Positions 23,821 to 36,100 of a DNA stretch of 64,000 bases are shown here, piece by piece; the stretch's first letter is position 1, and every line of letters starts with the position of its first letter. Where the stretch lies: contig NC_058368.1 of the NCBI RefSeq assembly GCF_018350175.1, positions 26,600,001-26,664,000 on the forward strand, in the 5' to 3' direction. This stretch comes from Felis catus (taxonomy: Eukaryota). The notes beneath the pieces are model-generated. The model was not told the origin of the DNA. It saw only the letters and a list, made by a program, of their open reading frames with translations, and ran no database searches. A program made the translations under genes and the position numbers.

Positions 23821-25639
23821 GAAGGGTCTGCTAAGCCCACTGCTTCTTGTAAGAAGAAGACTGTAGTCTCCCTTTCTAAGATCGTAAATGCACAGAATAC
23901 TGTGTAGAAATCATGTTTTTAGGATCACTCATGAAAGGTTAGCATTTTATAGCCAATTACTAAAAGCCCAGCACAAAGTAAATGCACCCAAAATCAAGCA
24001 GATGTACAACAAAAGCCCAAGAAAAAGGACATGGACATTCTTGGAATGAATACTAAGCAACACAGTAGACACGACTTATATCACGAAGAAAATCACCAGT
24101 TGGTGGGGATGGAGGAGCTTGGGGGATGGTGGTTTGGTGAAGCCCCTTCATTTCTGGAATAGAAGCCACACTGCTTGGCTATCTGTCCCTGGGCCTTTAG
24201 CTCCACTGCCTTGCTCCTGTCTCATGTGTCCAGCAGCCACAGGCCAGAGCTGTCCTCTGACCTGTCTAATCCACAGTCTCGTAAGACTTTATTGCTCATG
24301 CCACCCTTTACTCCACTTTCCAAGCAGATGGTGTCATTAGCTCACAGCCTCTTGCCTCATCGGTCTCTGCTGTAATTACACTGCTAAAATCTCATAACCA
24401 ATATTTCTCTACCAGGATTGCCCTAGATTTCCCTTTTTAATAGCGACTGAATTTTCTCTGGTCACTTAGAATGTCATCTCAGGATGTTGACAGAGCGCTT
24501 GAGACCCAACCCCCAGCACCACCCCGACCTGTCTGATGTTGTCTATGTACCTCTCTGCTCTTTCCCAGCCCCAGATACGGGTGATTTTTGCCCCTAACAA
24601 AGATATGGATGGAGAAGGGGAAGGGAACACAGGGCCCTCTAAGTATCTTCCTTTTGCTACCAGTCAGGTTCAAGCGTCATCTAACATCTACTATTGGCCA
24701 AAACGTAGCCTCCACTCGGCTCCCTCTTCACGCTCCAAATTTCCCAGGTTTACCAGGAAAGGTGGAGGAAGAGAAGACAGAAGAGCAGGGTGAAGCCCCA
24801 GACCTTGGGGATTCTTATTGGGCAAGAGTCAAAGGAGTGTTCTGGACAAACAGAAGCTGTGTATGGAAGCGTATTGTGTAGTTCAAGGCCACCACAGCTA
24901 TAGAGGCCAATGTCACTTTAGCAGGAACTCTGACCTGGCTCCCAGGGCGAACTGTTCGTAGTTTTCCCGTGTAGTTGTAGTTTTCCCCTGTAGGTATTAT
25001 CCCTTCTGGACTTCCTGATCCAAGATTTGTCCTCTAGACAAATCCCTGCTCCTATCTCACAGGATTTAACCTTCAGTTTGAGTCTTTGGTCTCCTCCTAG
25101 CTACCAGGTCCCCCCTCCCTCTCAATCTTTCTTTTTCCTTGTTCTGTGATACCTGCTGAATGAGGCCCACAGGGTTTGCAGTCAACACAGTACACCTTAT
25201 GATCGTGAGGTAATTGGATAATATTATCACCTTCTCAGAAAGTCTTCAAAATTATCATGAGGATGTGAGGCATTCCTCCCCTGGCAGGTATCTGTGTGGT
25301 CAGATAAGATGACTGTTGCATTCCATTCCAATCATGTCATTCGGCCATTCTCCCATAGTGGGCACTTCCATGGAGACACTGAGGGATGTGACAGTCTGGA
25401 ACATTCAGCTAAAATGGAATTCCAAACATAGCGCCTGCATGTGAGTTTCTCATAATCAGCCCATATATAGTCCGTCCACAGTCAAGGACTTAGTTAGGTG
25501 CCTCTCTGTTTCGTTTTTTCTTCCTCCTGCCCTTTAGGAGTTTTAAAAAAGTCAGCGGCATCTTGTAGATGGTGACAAAAGTATGTATTATCAAAGACAG
25601 ATCTTATCACAACCCCATTTTGTCACAGCGTGAAACACA

Positions 25640-25860
25640 AATATCAGTATGCGTGGCTTTATGAGCTAGATTGGTTGGGTATAAATCTCAGCTCTGACGA
25701 CTTTCAGCTTTTTAAGCATGAATGTGTTATTTAACCTCTCTCTGAGCCTCAGTGTCCCCTCTCTAAAGTGAGCGTTTTAATAGGAGGCAACTCACAGGGC
25801 ATTGTGAAGAGTCAACAAACAAAGTTGAGAACGGTGCCTGACAAAAGTTGACAAAAAATA
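25640..25860 (+). mobile_element. MIR remnant
   Basis: aatctcagctctg...tttaacctctctctgagcctcagtgtccc. Confidence 0.75.
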
Positions 25861-25958
25861 AAGTATAATCTAATTAATAATAGTAGTAAAAACAATGTTT
25901 AGTATTTGCCTCAGAGTAGTGTGTTTTGCTGCGGGGTCTCTCCTATGTGGCAACTCAC

Positions 25959-26004
25959 CGAATCCCTTGACTATACCCCCGAACCCTCCGAGTTCTCCGG
26001 ACCT
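25959..26004 (-). other. Candidate 46-nt non-coding or alternative exon next to the promoter
   Basis: ccagtttcag|AGGTCC...GGATTCG|gtgagt; CpG-rich. Confidence 0.35.
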
Positions 26005-26336
26005 CTGAAACTGGTTTAGCACAAAAAGTCCCAGACTGGAAGTCAGAAGATCTGGGAATATTTGAGGCTTACACACATACTATTCATGAACAACCTACCA
26101 CAGGCCAGTCCTCGCACTAGATTCTTCTCCTGTTCTTTTCTGTGTTCTTCACACCAGTTTCACAAGGTGGCTATCATTGTCCCCGTTTCGCAGATGACGA
26201 AATAAGTTTTGAACGGTTAACGACTGGGCCAACGTTAGGAAGGAGAAAACACGGGGCTGTCTGGAACCATTGCTAAAATCCCAGCACGTGCTTCTATGGA
26301 GAGTCACTCAACCTCTGTGACCTTTACTTCTCCCAC

Positions 26337-26368
26337 CTGTAAAGCTGAATTCTCCCTGCCGTGTTCAT
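26337..26368 (-). CDS. Candidate first coding segment (ATG 26368, MNTAGRIQLY)
   Basis: At the left edge of the CpG island; donor TACAG|gtggga; phase 2 matches the 20700 exon. Confidence 0.25.
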
Positions 26369-26379
26369 CTCACAGGGTG

Positions 26380-26950
26380 AGAATCCAAAGAGAAAGCGGC
26401 TACGCCAGTCGGCAGCAGGCCTTGAAACGTTTACAGGGTCGGAGACACTACCGCCAGGGAAGCGCCTGGAAAGGCGAGCTGGGAGGCGCCAACGCGGGGA
26501 GGAGACTCGGGATCCCGCCTCCCCGCGACCCCAGGGGCGGGCGCTCTGCTGAGTGGCAGGAGAGTAAGCCAATAGGGCTGCGGAGGCGGCCGGGGGCGGG
26601 GCTTCCCCAGGGCGTGCTCGGACTCGCAAGAGGGCTAGCGGGCCAGAAGCTGGCCGCAAGTTTCAGCCCTGCCCGGGGTTTGCTGAGCGCGCATCTGTGG
26701 GGCCTTATCACCTTCCTCACCGCCTGCGCTGAGAGGCCTGGCCTCGTGTGAGGAGACTAAAAGAATCTCGTTGGTGAGGACAGCAGGCAAAGTCACCAAG
26801 TGGTGCAAACGGCCTCGGCTGGCTCAAGGGCTGTGGAATCCGGGTGTCTGGGCAATCGGTGGTTGTGATGGAGAGCCAGGGATCCCCGGGCCTTCTGAAT
26901 CCACTGTCATTCCTGAATGTTGCAGGGGCTGGGCCCGACGGGGAGCTACG
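26380..26950. promoter_or_regulatory. CpG-island promoter
   Basis: High GC and CpG density; CCAAT box 26569-26573; GC boxes 26534-26542 and 26592-26601. Confidence 0.85.
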
Positions 26951-27659
26951 GAAGGCAGGAGAAAGAGCAGGGACGATTTTCCTACCAGAAACACATGTGC
27001 AGTTATTCTAGAAGGAGAAATCCGAGAACAGTGGGATTTGGGGCAAGGACGACATCTTGGTTCTCACGTTTTTATATGATCGATTCACTTTGTTTCTTAC
27101 AGCTGCCACCACCATTCTCTCACATGCTTTTTATCGCTATAATTCCGACTGGACTTCCTGATCCAAGATGTGCATCTTCCAGCAGGCCCACTGAGGTCCA
27201 CAGTGATTGGTGCTAAATGGTCAGGACATTCCCCCTGCGTAAAACCTTTCTGTGATATCCCATCACCCTTCTGCGATTTCCCATTGCCCTCAGGATAAAG
27301 GCCTAACTAACGTTGGACATGGCTTTCAGGGCAGCAGAGGTTCTGGCCTCCTGCCCCAGCCCTGTCTCCAGACACTTTCCACCCCTTTCCTAGGTTAAGG
27401 GCTTGTGAAATTAGTAAAAAAATGAGTTATTTCTAGAATTATTCAGCAGTATTGTCAGAAGAGAAGTCCTCCATAATCTGAAAACTCATTGGGTTCAGTA
27501 ACCACCTGAAATGGAGATATCAGCTCTGTCTGGAATCTAAGAAACCTCAAATCTAGTTCTTGCTCATTTTCTGATTTTACTGTGTAATCTGCCACATGTT
27601 TCTTTCACTCTGTGTTACTTTGCTTATAAAATAGGGAGAGTGAAATAATGTTTCCTATT

Positions 27660-27673
27660 CTTTTTTTTAGATT

Positions 27674-27712
<39 letters not shown>

Positions 27713-27891
27713 TTGAGAGAGCACATGCGTGCAAAAGAGCAGGTGAAGGGCAGTGGGAGAGAGAGAATCTTAAGCAGTCTCTGTGCTCAGTGCGGAGCCC
27801 AATGCAGGGCTCGATCCCATGACCTTGGGATCATGACCTAAGCTGAAATCAAGAGTCCGCGGCTCAATTGACTGAGGCACTCAGGCACCTC
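27660..27891 (-). mobile_element. Can-SINE (older)
   Basis: (TTTA)n tail, diverged body. Confidence 0.9.
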
Positions 27892-28293
27892 GTGTTTCTT
27901 ACTCTCTTATTTTTACTTTCTCAAGGTACTTCAAAGAGAAATCTAACAATACATGGAAAAGGGCTTTATAAATTCAAATTATTAATATATGTCCTTCATA
28001 GCGAGATATACAACATTAATTACCTTTAAGATATTTTTCTGGGTCATATAGAATCTGTATTTTATATACATTGTGTATGTAACCCTAAGGTTTATCTTTA
28101 TATCAGGCATGAATTAAAGCACCCCACAGATACCATTTACTCTGGCTGGATCAGAGGCGCAGGCCTGACTTACAAGCCTTGTCCACTTATGCTCACTTGT
28201 TACTGTACTTAACGGAGGGACCTAGAGAAAAGGTAAGATAGAAGATGTCAACTAAAGAGTCCTGCCCGCATAAAATAAAGATAGCTCTGTCTT

Positions 28294-28518
28294 GGGGCGC
28301 CTGGGTGGCTCAGTCGGTTGAGCGTCCGACTTCACCTCAGGTCACGATCTCGTGGTTCGTGAGTTCGAGACCCGCGTTGGGCTCTGGGCTGATGGCTCAG
28401 AGCCTGGGGGCTGCTTCCGATTCTGTGTCTCCCTCTCTCTCTGCCCCTCCCCCGTTCATGCTCTGTCTCTCTCTGTTTCAAAAATAAATAAACATTAAAA
28501 AAAAAATTAAAAAAAAAA
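28294..28518 (+). mobile_element. Can-SINE
   Basis: TSD aaagat(a/g)gctctgtctt. Confidence 0.96.
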
Positions 28519-29608
28519 GATGGCTCTGTCTTAAGAAAACTTTGAAAATTAATTCTTTTTGTACAAGATGTAATGATTGCTTTCAGAGGAATTGGAATAG
28601 CATGTAAAATATTAGAATATGGGATTATGGACTGTTGTAGGTCCTTGCTCACTCTATGTTCTTAATCACCTCATTGTCTCTGCTTTTAGTGCTCTTTCCA
28701 AATCTGGGATTCATCTCTCCTTTTCTTCCCCTAGCCTCCTAACATATACTTTTCACTTAGCTAACTATCAGAAGGTATAATAGATAATGAATGAAGAAAT
28801 GAAAGGGTGATGGATGGATGGAGGGAGGGATGGATGCCTGGATGGACACCAACGGACATGAAGCCGGTTGATCTGGGTTCTTATCTGGATCAACGCAATA
28901 ACCTTTTGAAGTAGACCAGCAATTATTGGTCCTATTTTACAAACGAAGAAACTGAGGCTCAGAAAGTCAAGTGGCTTGGTGTGGAATACACACTGTTAAA
29001 AAGTGACAGAACTGACTTTAATTTTTACAACATCTTTCTTCTCACAACATCATCATTCTTGAAGGTAAGAAAGACTTAATTTCCACATTTTAGGCTGAGA
29101 ACAGGCCTTCAAAAGAACACTTACATGCCTGTCTCCTTCACCACCTCCTCCTGTCCTAAGCAAGTGATTTCAGAAGCAAGCCAGTACTCACAGGCTAATT
29201 TTAAAGACAGGTCCGGAAAGTGACACCTGTTAGGAACATGGTAAAGAAGAACTAGACATAATGAGATTTCAGCCCATTTGGGCACAGACTTCTAATGGAA
29301 GATTCAGTACAGTTCTCTGCTTATGAAAGGAACCTGTTTCCATGGCAGAGGAGGAACTGAGGGAGGAAAGAGAGAAAAAAAAATGGTAAAAATGTATTTT
29401 CTCAAAATCATTTCTCCAGATACACTGAATAATTCAAAGGGCAAGGGCAGTTCAGTGACAAGGAGTGTGGCAGTAGGTGAGCTCTGAGACATAGAATAAC
29501 TCTCAACATTTCATCCAAAGGACAAGATAAATGAGGAATTTGGACTTGGAAAGGTTTTATTGAGCTCATGAGCCTTCCCTATTTCACTTAGTGTGGCTCA
29601 CATCTCTT

Positions 29609-29835
29609 TATTTAAAAAAAATTTTTTTTTCAACGTTTTTATTTATTTTTGGGACAGAGAGAGACAGAGCATGAATGGGGGAGGGGCAGAGAGAGAGGGA
29701 GACACAGAATCGGAAACAGGCTCCAGGCTCTGAGCCATCAGCCCAGAGCCCGACGCGGGGCTCGAACTCACGGACCGCGAGATCGTGACCTGGCTGAAGT
29801 CGGACGCTTAACCGACTGCGCCACCCAGGCGCCCC
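29609..29835 (-). mobile_element. Young SINEC_Fc-type Can-SINE
   Basis: Near-identical to the 23578 copy; TSD tcacatctctt. Confidence 0.97.
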
Positions 29836-30103
29836 TCACATCTCTTCATTTAAACTCATTTAAACTAGACATCCTGGGTTTTAAACCCTGGCTCTGCTAC
29901 TAAACTAGCTCTGTAATCATGGGCATGATTCTTAACCTTTCTGCCTATTTGCATCTGTAAAATGGGGTTAATAATAATTAACACCTCCCCTCTGGCATAT
30001 TGTAAATGCTACTGTTACTAACATCATCACAGCTGCCTCTTGATCATTGAAGCAGGGCATTTACTTGAAGAGAGTCATTTGCAATTGCTTAAAAAAATGG
30101 AGG

Positions 30104-30258
30104 AGGGCCATCTGGGTGGCTTAGTCGGTTAAACGTCTGATTTTGGATTTTGGCTCAGGTCATGATCTCACAGTTGTGAGATTGAGGCTCTGCCACTCCA
30201 CTGCTCGCGTGCTTGCACTTTCCCTTTCTCTCTCTCTCAAAATGAAAAAAATTTTAAA
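30104..30258 (+). mobile_element. Can-SINE (older, internally deleted)
   Basis: Head ctgggtggcttagtcggttaaacg; TSD aaaaatggag. Confidence 0.85.
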
Positions 30259-31040
30259 AATGGAGAAAACAGTAGTGAGATTACCTGGGGCACTTTGACA
30301 TGTTCTGGCCTTCCTTTCCATCTCCTATCTCCAGCCTTCTGGAAATCCAGATTCTGTGGGTCTTGGGTAAAACTTAGGGATGCGCATTTTGAAGAAAAAC
30401 ATATCTAAAATGCTTTCTTTCATTTTGCCCCTCTACCTAACACCCCACTGGAACCCTACCTTAAGGGATTTCCCTGGAGGATGAAAGATATTTTTACTGC
30501 GTGAGGATTACCAGGGTTATATAAACATGGGCAGCGCATGTACATATTATTAAGTCTAGCTCCCTAGCTAGATTAAAACCAACCTAAGTTAGGATTCAGA
30601 CTTCTTCTGCCTTATGATGAGCTGATGAGCCCGCCTCAAACTCACAAATGATATCGTCATGATGGTACTCTTTCTGGAGAAACCAAGTCCTGGTGATGTA
30701 AAGTTTGGTCATCTAGTATTATGTGCTTATGTGCATTAGGCTGCAACCAACTTTTTGTAACTTATTGATCTATATGGACCTCCTTCCAGGTTCATGTACA
30801 TAGCTCTAACTTATTCTTTTTAATACCTGCATAATATTCCATAGTATATAATTTCCATGCTTTCTTCAGCCATTTCCTGTTGCAGGAAATGCAAATTGTC
30901 TGCTACCATATTTTAACCACCAAGTATTATGCTGTAATAAACACTCTTGTGTGTTACTTGGGCATTTTTTTCTTTCCTCTTAGAATAAAATCAGAAAAGG
31001 CCATGGTTGGATCACAAAGTATGTACATTGTTAACTTTTA

Positions 31041-31270
31041 TTTTTTTATATTTTTTATTTTTTTCAACGTTTATTTATTTTTGGGACAGAGAGAGACAGA
31101 GCATGAACGGGGGAGGGGCAGAGAGAGAGGGAGACACAGAATCGGAAACAAGCTCCAGGCTCTGAGCCATCAGCCCAGAGCCTGACGCGGGGCTCGAACT
31201 CACGGACCGCGAGATCGTGACCTGGCCGAAGTCGGACACCCAACCGACTGCGCCACCCAGGCGCCCCCCC
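31041..31270 (-). mobile_element. Young SINEC_Fc-type Can-SINE inserted in an old L1M fragment
   Basis: Perfect TSD cattgttaactttta; flanks from about 30760 resemble a reverse L1 3' end. Confidence 0.96.
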
Positions 31271-32919
31271 CATTGTTAACTTTTAGATGATATCTCCAAA
31301 AAGGTTGAAACACTGCCCTTCCCATGAGCTCCTCCTTAGAATATCATGTGTACTGTGGGAAGGGGCAGCCTGACCTGGGCTACTTTCAAGTGGATGCAGT
31401 TGTGAGTATAACAAGACTATGATTCATGGTTGCTAAGGTGTTTTGGATTTTACCGATTGGCTAAAACCTCATCAGATCACATACTGCCTTCCCTTTTCTG
31501 ACCATAACTGAGTCTGTGGCATGGCTGAATTTACCCCCCAAAATGGCACAGCCACAAGTATCAACCTACCTTCCGTCCCTGTTCTTAGTTTTGTATGATA
31601 CCTACTTGGGGGGGAGAGAGGGTGGGTGGAAGCAGGTACAAAAAAAAAAAAAAAAAAAAGCTCAGCGGCAGAGATGAAAGGAATTGTGCTCAACCCAGAG
31701 ACCACAGGACGGAGGTCAGATGACGGGATAGAGTCAATTTCCTTATTTTCATGCTCTCTCTGCTCAGAAACATTTTCAGCTTAATAGCTGCTGACTTCTA
31801 TAACACTCTCCTGTAATCTACTGCAAATCCAACGGACTCTGTGTTGTCACACTTCATCAGCTGTGTTATAATTCCCAATAACTGGCACACAATTGATGTG
31901 CTATCCCTGAAAAGCCGGCCCCCAGATAAATGGCTTCCGAGGGTATAATGATAAATCAGAGGCATTGTGAATGGATTCTGAAAGTATTCTAAGTCAGTAC
32001 AAATCCTCCCTGGAATCCAATTTGGCTGGTTCATTACCAGTTCTATCTCTGGTATGCAAAAAGACGATAAACAATATTGTAAAGATGTAGATGAGATCGG
32101 CTTTTGTGACCTAATGTTTCTGTTGAAGAGAGAAGTACATGTTGTTAAAATGAGAAAAACGCACACAACCCACTGGCAACAGATTATTATAAGCTTCATT
32201 TTGAACAGGAATCATTTGTGATTTTATTACCTTGGAGACAAAGGCCTGGCTGCTTCTGCATTTTATAGTGGCTTAATTAACCTTTGCGCACAGAGATCTG
32301 GTACATCTACTCCACGAACTTAAAAGCTGCTTAAAAATACTGAGAGCCAGCGGCTATTTCTGATAGACTCAGACCGAGATTCTGGAGGAGTATGTAGTGG
32401 TCAAAGCAAAATTTTCCGGGACCAGCCTCCGGGGGATGAGTCCCAGCAAGTGACCTAACTTTCTGCGTCTCAGTTTCCTCCATTTGGAAAATGGGCTGAT
32501 AGTAGTTTGGATCTCATTTCTTTGAAGTGGCACTAAGAAGAACGAATAAATAACCAAATGTGAGAGGGATATGGCCGAAGAAGGAAAGTTTAATTAGTAA
32601 ATCTAGCCTCAGAGAAATCATTAAGGATTGTTGGAGTTTGTCTCTTCGGGTTAATAAATCTCTATGTAAGGTGTTGGAAGTGACCATATAGTGTCGTGTT
32701 TCTGTTCATGGCCTTTGGAGTTGGACAGACCTGGGTTTAAATTCTTGCTCTGTCACTTAGTAGTTGTGTGACCTCGGTTTCTTGCTTTATCTAGGGGGAT
32801 TAACTGGAGGACCTAATACAAGGGTGTGAGGCATGGCCCTGTGGGACCAAGTAAAAGATTTTGTTTCTGTAGTACTGAGTTAACATTTCAAACGTAAATA
32901 ACGATCCTATACAGGTGAT

Positions 32920-33130
32920 ATAGCTTAGAGGTGAGGACCCTGGATCCTGGACCTGATCGCCTGGTCAGATCCCAGTTGTACCCTGTACATTAGGTGTAAC
33001 CTTGGGGAATTTGCTGACTTTCTTATGCCTCAGTTTCCTTATCTGTGAGTACAGTTAGGGTACCCACCTCAAGGGGTGCCCTTGAGGACTAAAAGGTGCC
33101 CAGCTTACTAACAAGGTAAGTGTTAGATGT
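32920..33130 (+). mobile_element. MIR remnant
   Basis: gcctcagtttccttatctgtga core. Confidence 0.7.
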
Positions 33131-36100
33131 TACCATGCACTTCTGTGCAGAGAGGTGGACAAATGACTGGGAACCAGGTAGAACACTTGCTACGTTTCTA
33201 AAGTTAGAAATCCCTACCATCTGCTTCTCCCTTCTAATTTCATTACTTGCCCCTAGGACAAGTTATGCAGAGAACATTCCAGTTAACTGAGAACCAGGGT
33301 TGTCAGGACACTTATAAATTGAGATTTTCTATTTAATAATGTGTACTGCGTTAGCAGGTGTATAAAAGGGCAAATCCGACTCTGTGGGGACTGAAACGCA
33401 CCTAAGATGGAGGTCCTCTTGATGAAAAGGAGTGCAAATCACAAATACAAAAAGAGGCACAAGAGTGAATATCTACTTACAATGAGAAAAGAAAGCACAA
33501 CAAAATTACTGGCTGGTCCTGCATGGGAGGCAAGGGAAATGCAGATTCCAGGAGCCAGCTTGTGCACATGGCGATGGTCTAGGTGGTAAGAACAGCAGCT
33601 GCAGAAGGGACAGAGTGAGCAACTGCATTGAGACCCCTCTCCTGGAACGGAAGCCAACAACATGAAATCCACTAGTCAATAAAGAAGATTTATTACATGT
33701 AAACTAAACACAACTTATTTTCCTTTTTTTAAGACCTCACAGATAAATTTATGTATGTCCGAACCAACGTTCCGATTTGGGATTGGAAAATACAGTCCTG
33801 TGTTTCCTTTTAAATTCTTAGCCTTCACCTAGAAAAAAGACTGTCCTTCAGATCTCATCTGGGTGGAGAGGGGAGCCTGGAAGTGTGTGTCTGGGGCGTG
33901 CTAACACTGCAGTGCCTTCTTTTCTTTCATTTCTCTTCTGTGCTTGAGTTTTCAAGTGCTCTGAGGCTGAGAGACAAAGCATGTGTTTAAGAATTTGTGT
34001 GGTGAGTCCTGACCTTCCTCCCACCCCCGGCCCGCCCCCCCCTCCCCCCACTGCTTCTCAATATTGTCTGAACAATTTTGGAAGGGCTGACGGTGTTCTA
34101 GAAAGTGTTATCCTATGCACACGACTACTGGAAGGGAGACAAAATCTGTCTCTCTCTCTCTCTCATTTCTTTTTTTTCTTTGTCCTCCTCACCTCTCCCC
34201 ATGTCCCTCAGCATTCCAAAATCCTACACAGATACCAAGTTAAGAAATCACTTGCTAATTAGAAGCTCCGAAATACCCCAAAGCCTGAATAACTAATGAT
34301 GATGGAATTTTGGATACAGTGTCAGGAAAGAGGAAGCTCCATATGGGGGGAGGGGGTGCTGCAGGAAGGATAAGCTTCCAGGCATTCACCAAATGACTCA
34401 AAAGCCATGCCTGCCCACTTCTTTTACTCACCAGGTCATTGCTGTTCTTGGAAATCAGCTGATCCCTGTATTGGGCAGTGCACCCGGGCCAGCTCTGCCA
34501 GGCCCAGTGAGCGTGACATACCCACACCAGCCTGTCCACGCCTCTTCCTCTGCCAGAAACTAAAACACATGGAGGAATGTGTGGCTCATCACAGAAGTAA
34601 TGCTTTCTGAAGTCCTGGGTTCATCTAAATGGTTCAGGGACAAGCAGAGAGGTAAGAACACACCTGTCATCAGGTCCTTCGTGAAAAATAAGACTTGACT
34701 CCGACGGGTGAGTTGGATTTCCATCTTGTTAAAAACATGTATAGTAGCCACTTACTCAAATATTCATTCAACACACAATTCTTAACACATGCCCATATTT
34801 TATAGGTGAAAGATACAAAGAAAACATTCACAAGTTTCATGATAAAAACATACAAGTATGCCAGAAATAATATAGTATAATGTGATCATTGCTGTAACGG
34901 TAGGTAAATAGAACTTTAGGGAAGCCAAGAAATAGGAATGATTGTATTTTATGTGTGTGCACATGTGTATAGGGGGTTCTCAACCAAAGCAGGGAAATGT
35001 GATTTGTTTCATATGTAACCCAAGGATCCATGTGTCTCCTGATAGTATAGCCCCTTTCCCAGTAAGAACTAGTTTCCCTCTCCCATCTTGCCATCAGGGT
35101 CACCTTCTAGGACACTTTCAAAAATCAAGGTGACCCTGATGACTTTTCCTTTGAGGAGCTTCTCCCCTAGACACAGAACAGCAGCGGTCATTTTGTTGTT
35201 GTTGTTAAGACGATGTGAGTTTTGCCCCCTTAAAGGTGAGAGATGGAATAAAATGAAGGCATACAGATCTGAGTCTCTTATGTAGCCCCCTTACCCAAGA
35301 AGGTGTGGGGAGCAATGTGGAGACAAGGAAGACAGGTCCCAGAGAGTGGTGGCCTCGCTGGGTGCCCCGATAGGTGGAAGTTTTGCATATCTGTCAGTCA
35401 GGGCGTGTGTCCTGGGCAGATTCCTTGAATCCTACCTCTCTTAAGTACCATGGATTTCATGTTTTCTCTTGTACTTCAAGGTTGTCATTCTAAGCCAAGG
35501 AAGAAGTCCTGAAAGGATCAAAAGGCTATTTCAACCAAGGCAGTCTCCAGCTTTTGTGTGGATGGCAGCACAGTTATATGGACATACCCCTTCTCTCCTT
35601 GCTAGCTCAGCCTGGCCAAGTAACCTGGCCACGATGCCTCAGATAATTCAGAATGAGAATTAAACAAAGATTAAAAAAAGAATAAAGAAAGAAAAAGAAA
35701 AAGTTACTTTGGCTTAAATGATCTAAGCAATGTGAAAAAACAACTTTTAAATTTATTTACTTATTGATTTTTTAATTTAGATCATCTAGGACTTAGGCCT
35801 TCTTGAATGCCTTCTAGTAATTTCTTTTCTTTTCTTTTTTTTTTTTTCTCCTGCTCTGAGAGATCATTTCTAGCCCATCCTGAGGGCTGTGGTTGTGGTC
35901 CCAGTGGCTCTGCCATTGGTCTCCACCATCGTGCTGAGGCATCCACACCTTTGCTTTCATTGTCCCCTCATGGCAGATCTGTGTGAAGCTTTCTTGCTGG
36001 TCAGAGTCCCCTTCGCCAGCACTTGGCAAGAAGGGGGCTGTCCTCTGAGGCAATGTTTGGGTTCAGGCACAGTAGTCCCCTGGCTTCCTGCCACCACCAC

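Noticed and set aside
26296..27079. Several 90-150 aa ORFs over the CpG island
   Set aside because: Expected stop-codon depletion in GC-rich DNA
30610..30700. ATGATGA box-C-like motif (possible C/D snoRNA)
   Set aside because: No suitably placed terminal CTGA box D or terminal stem
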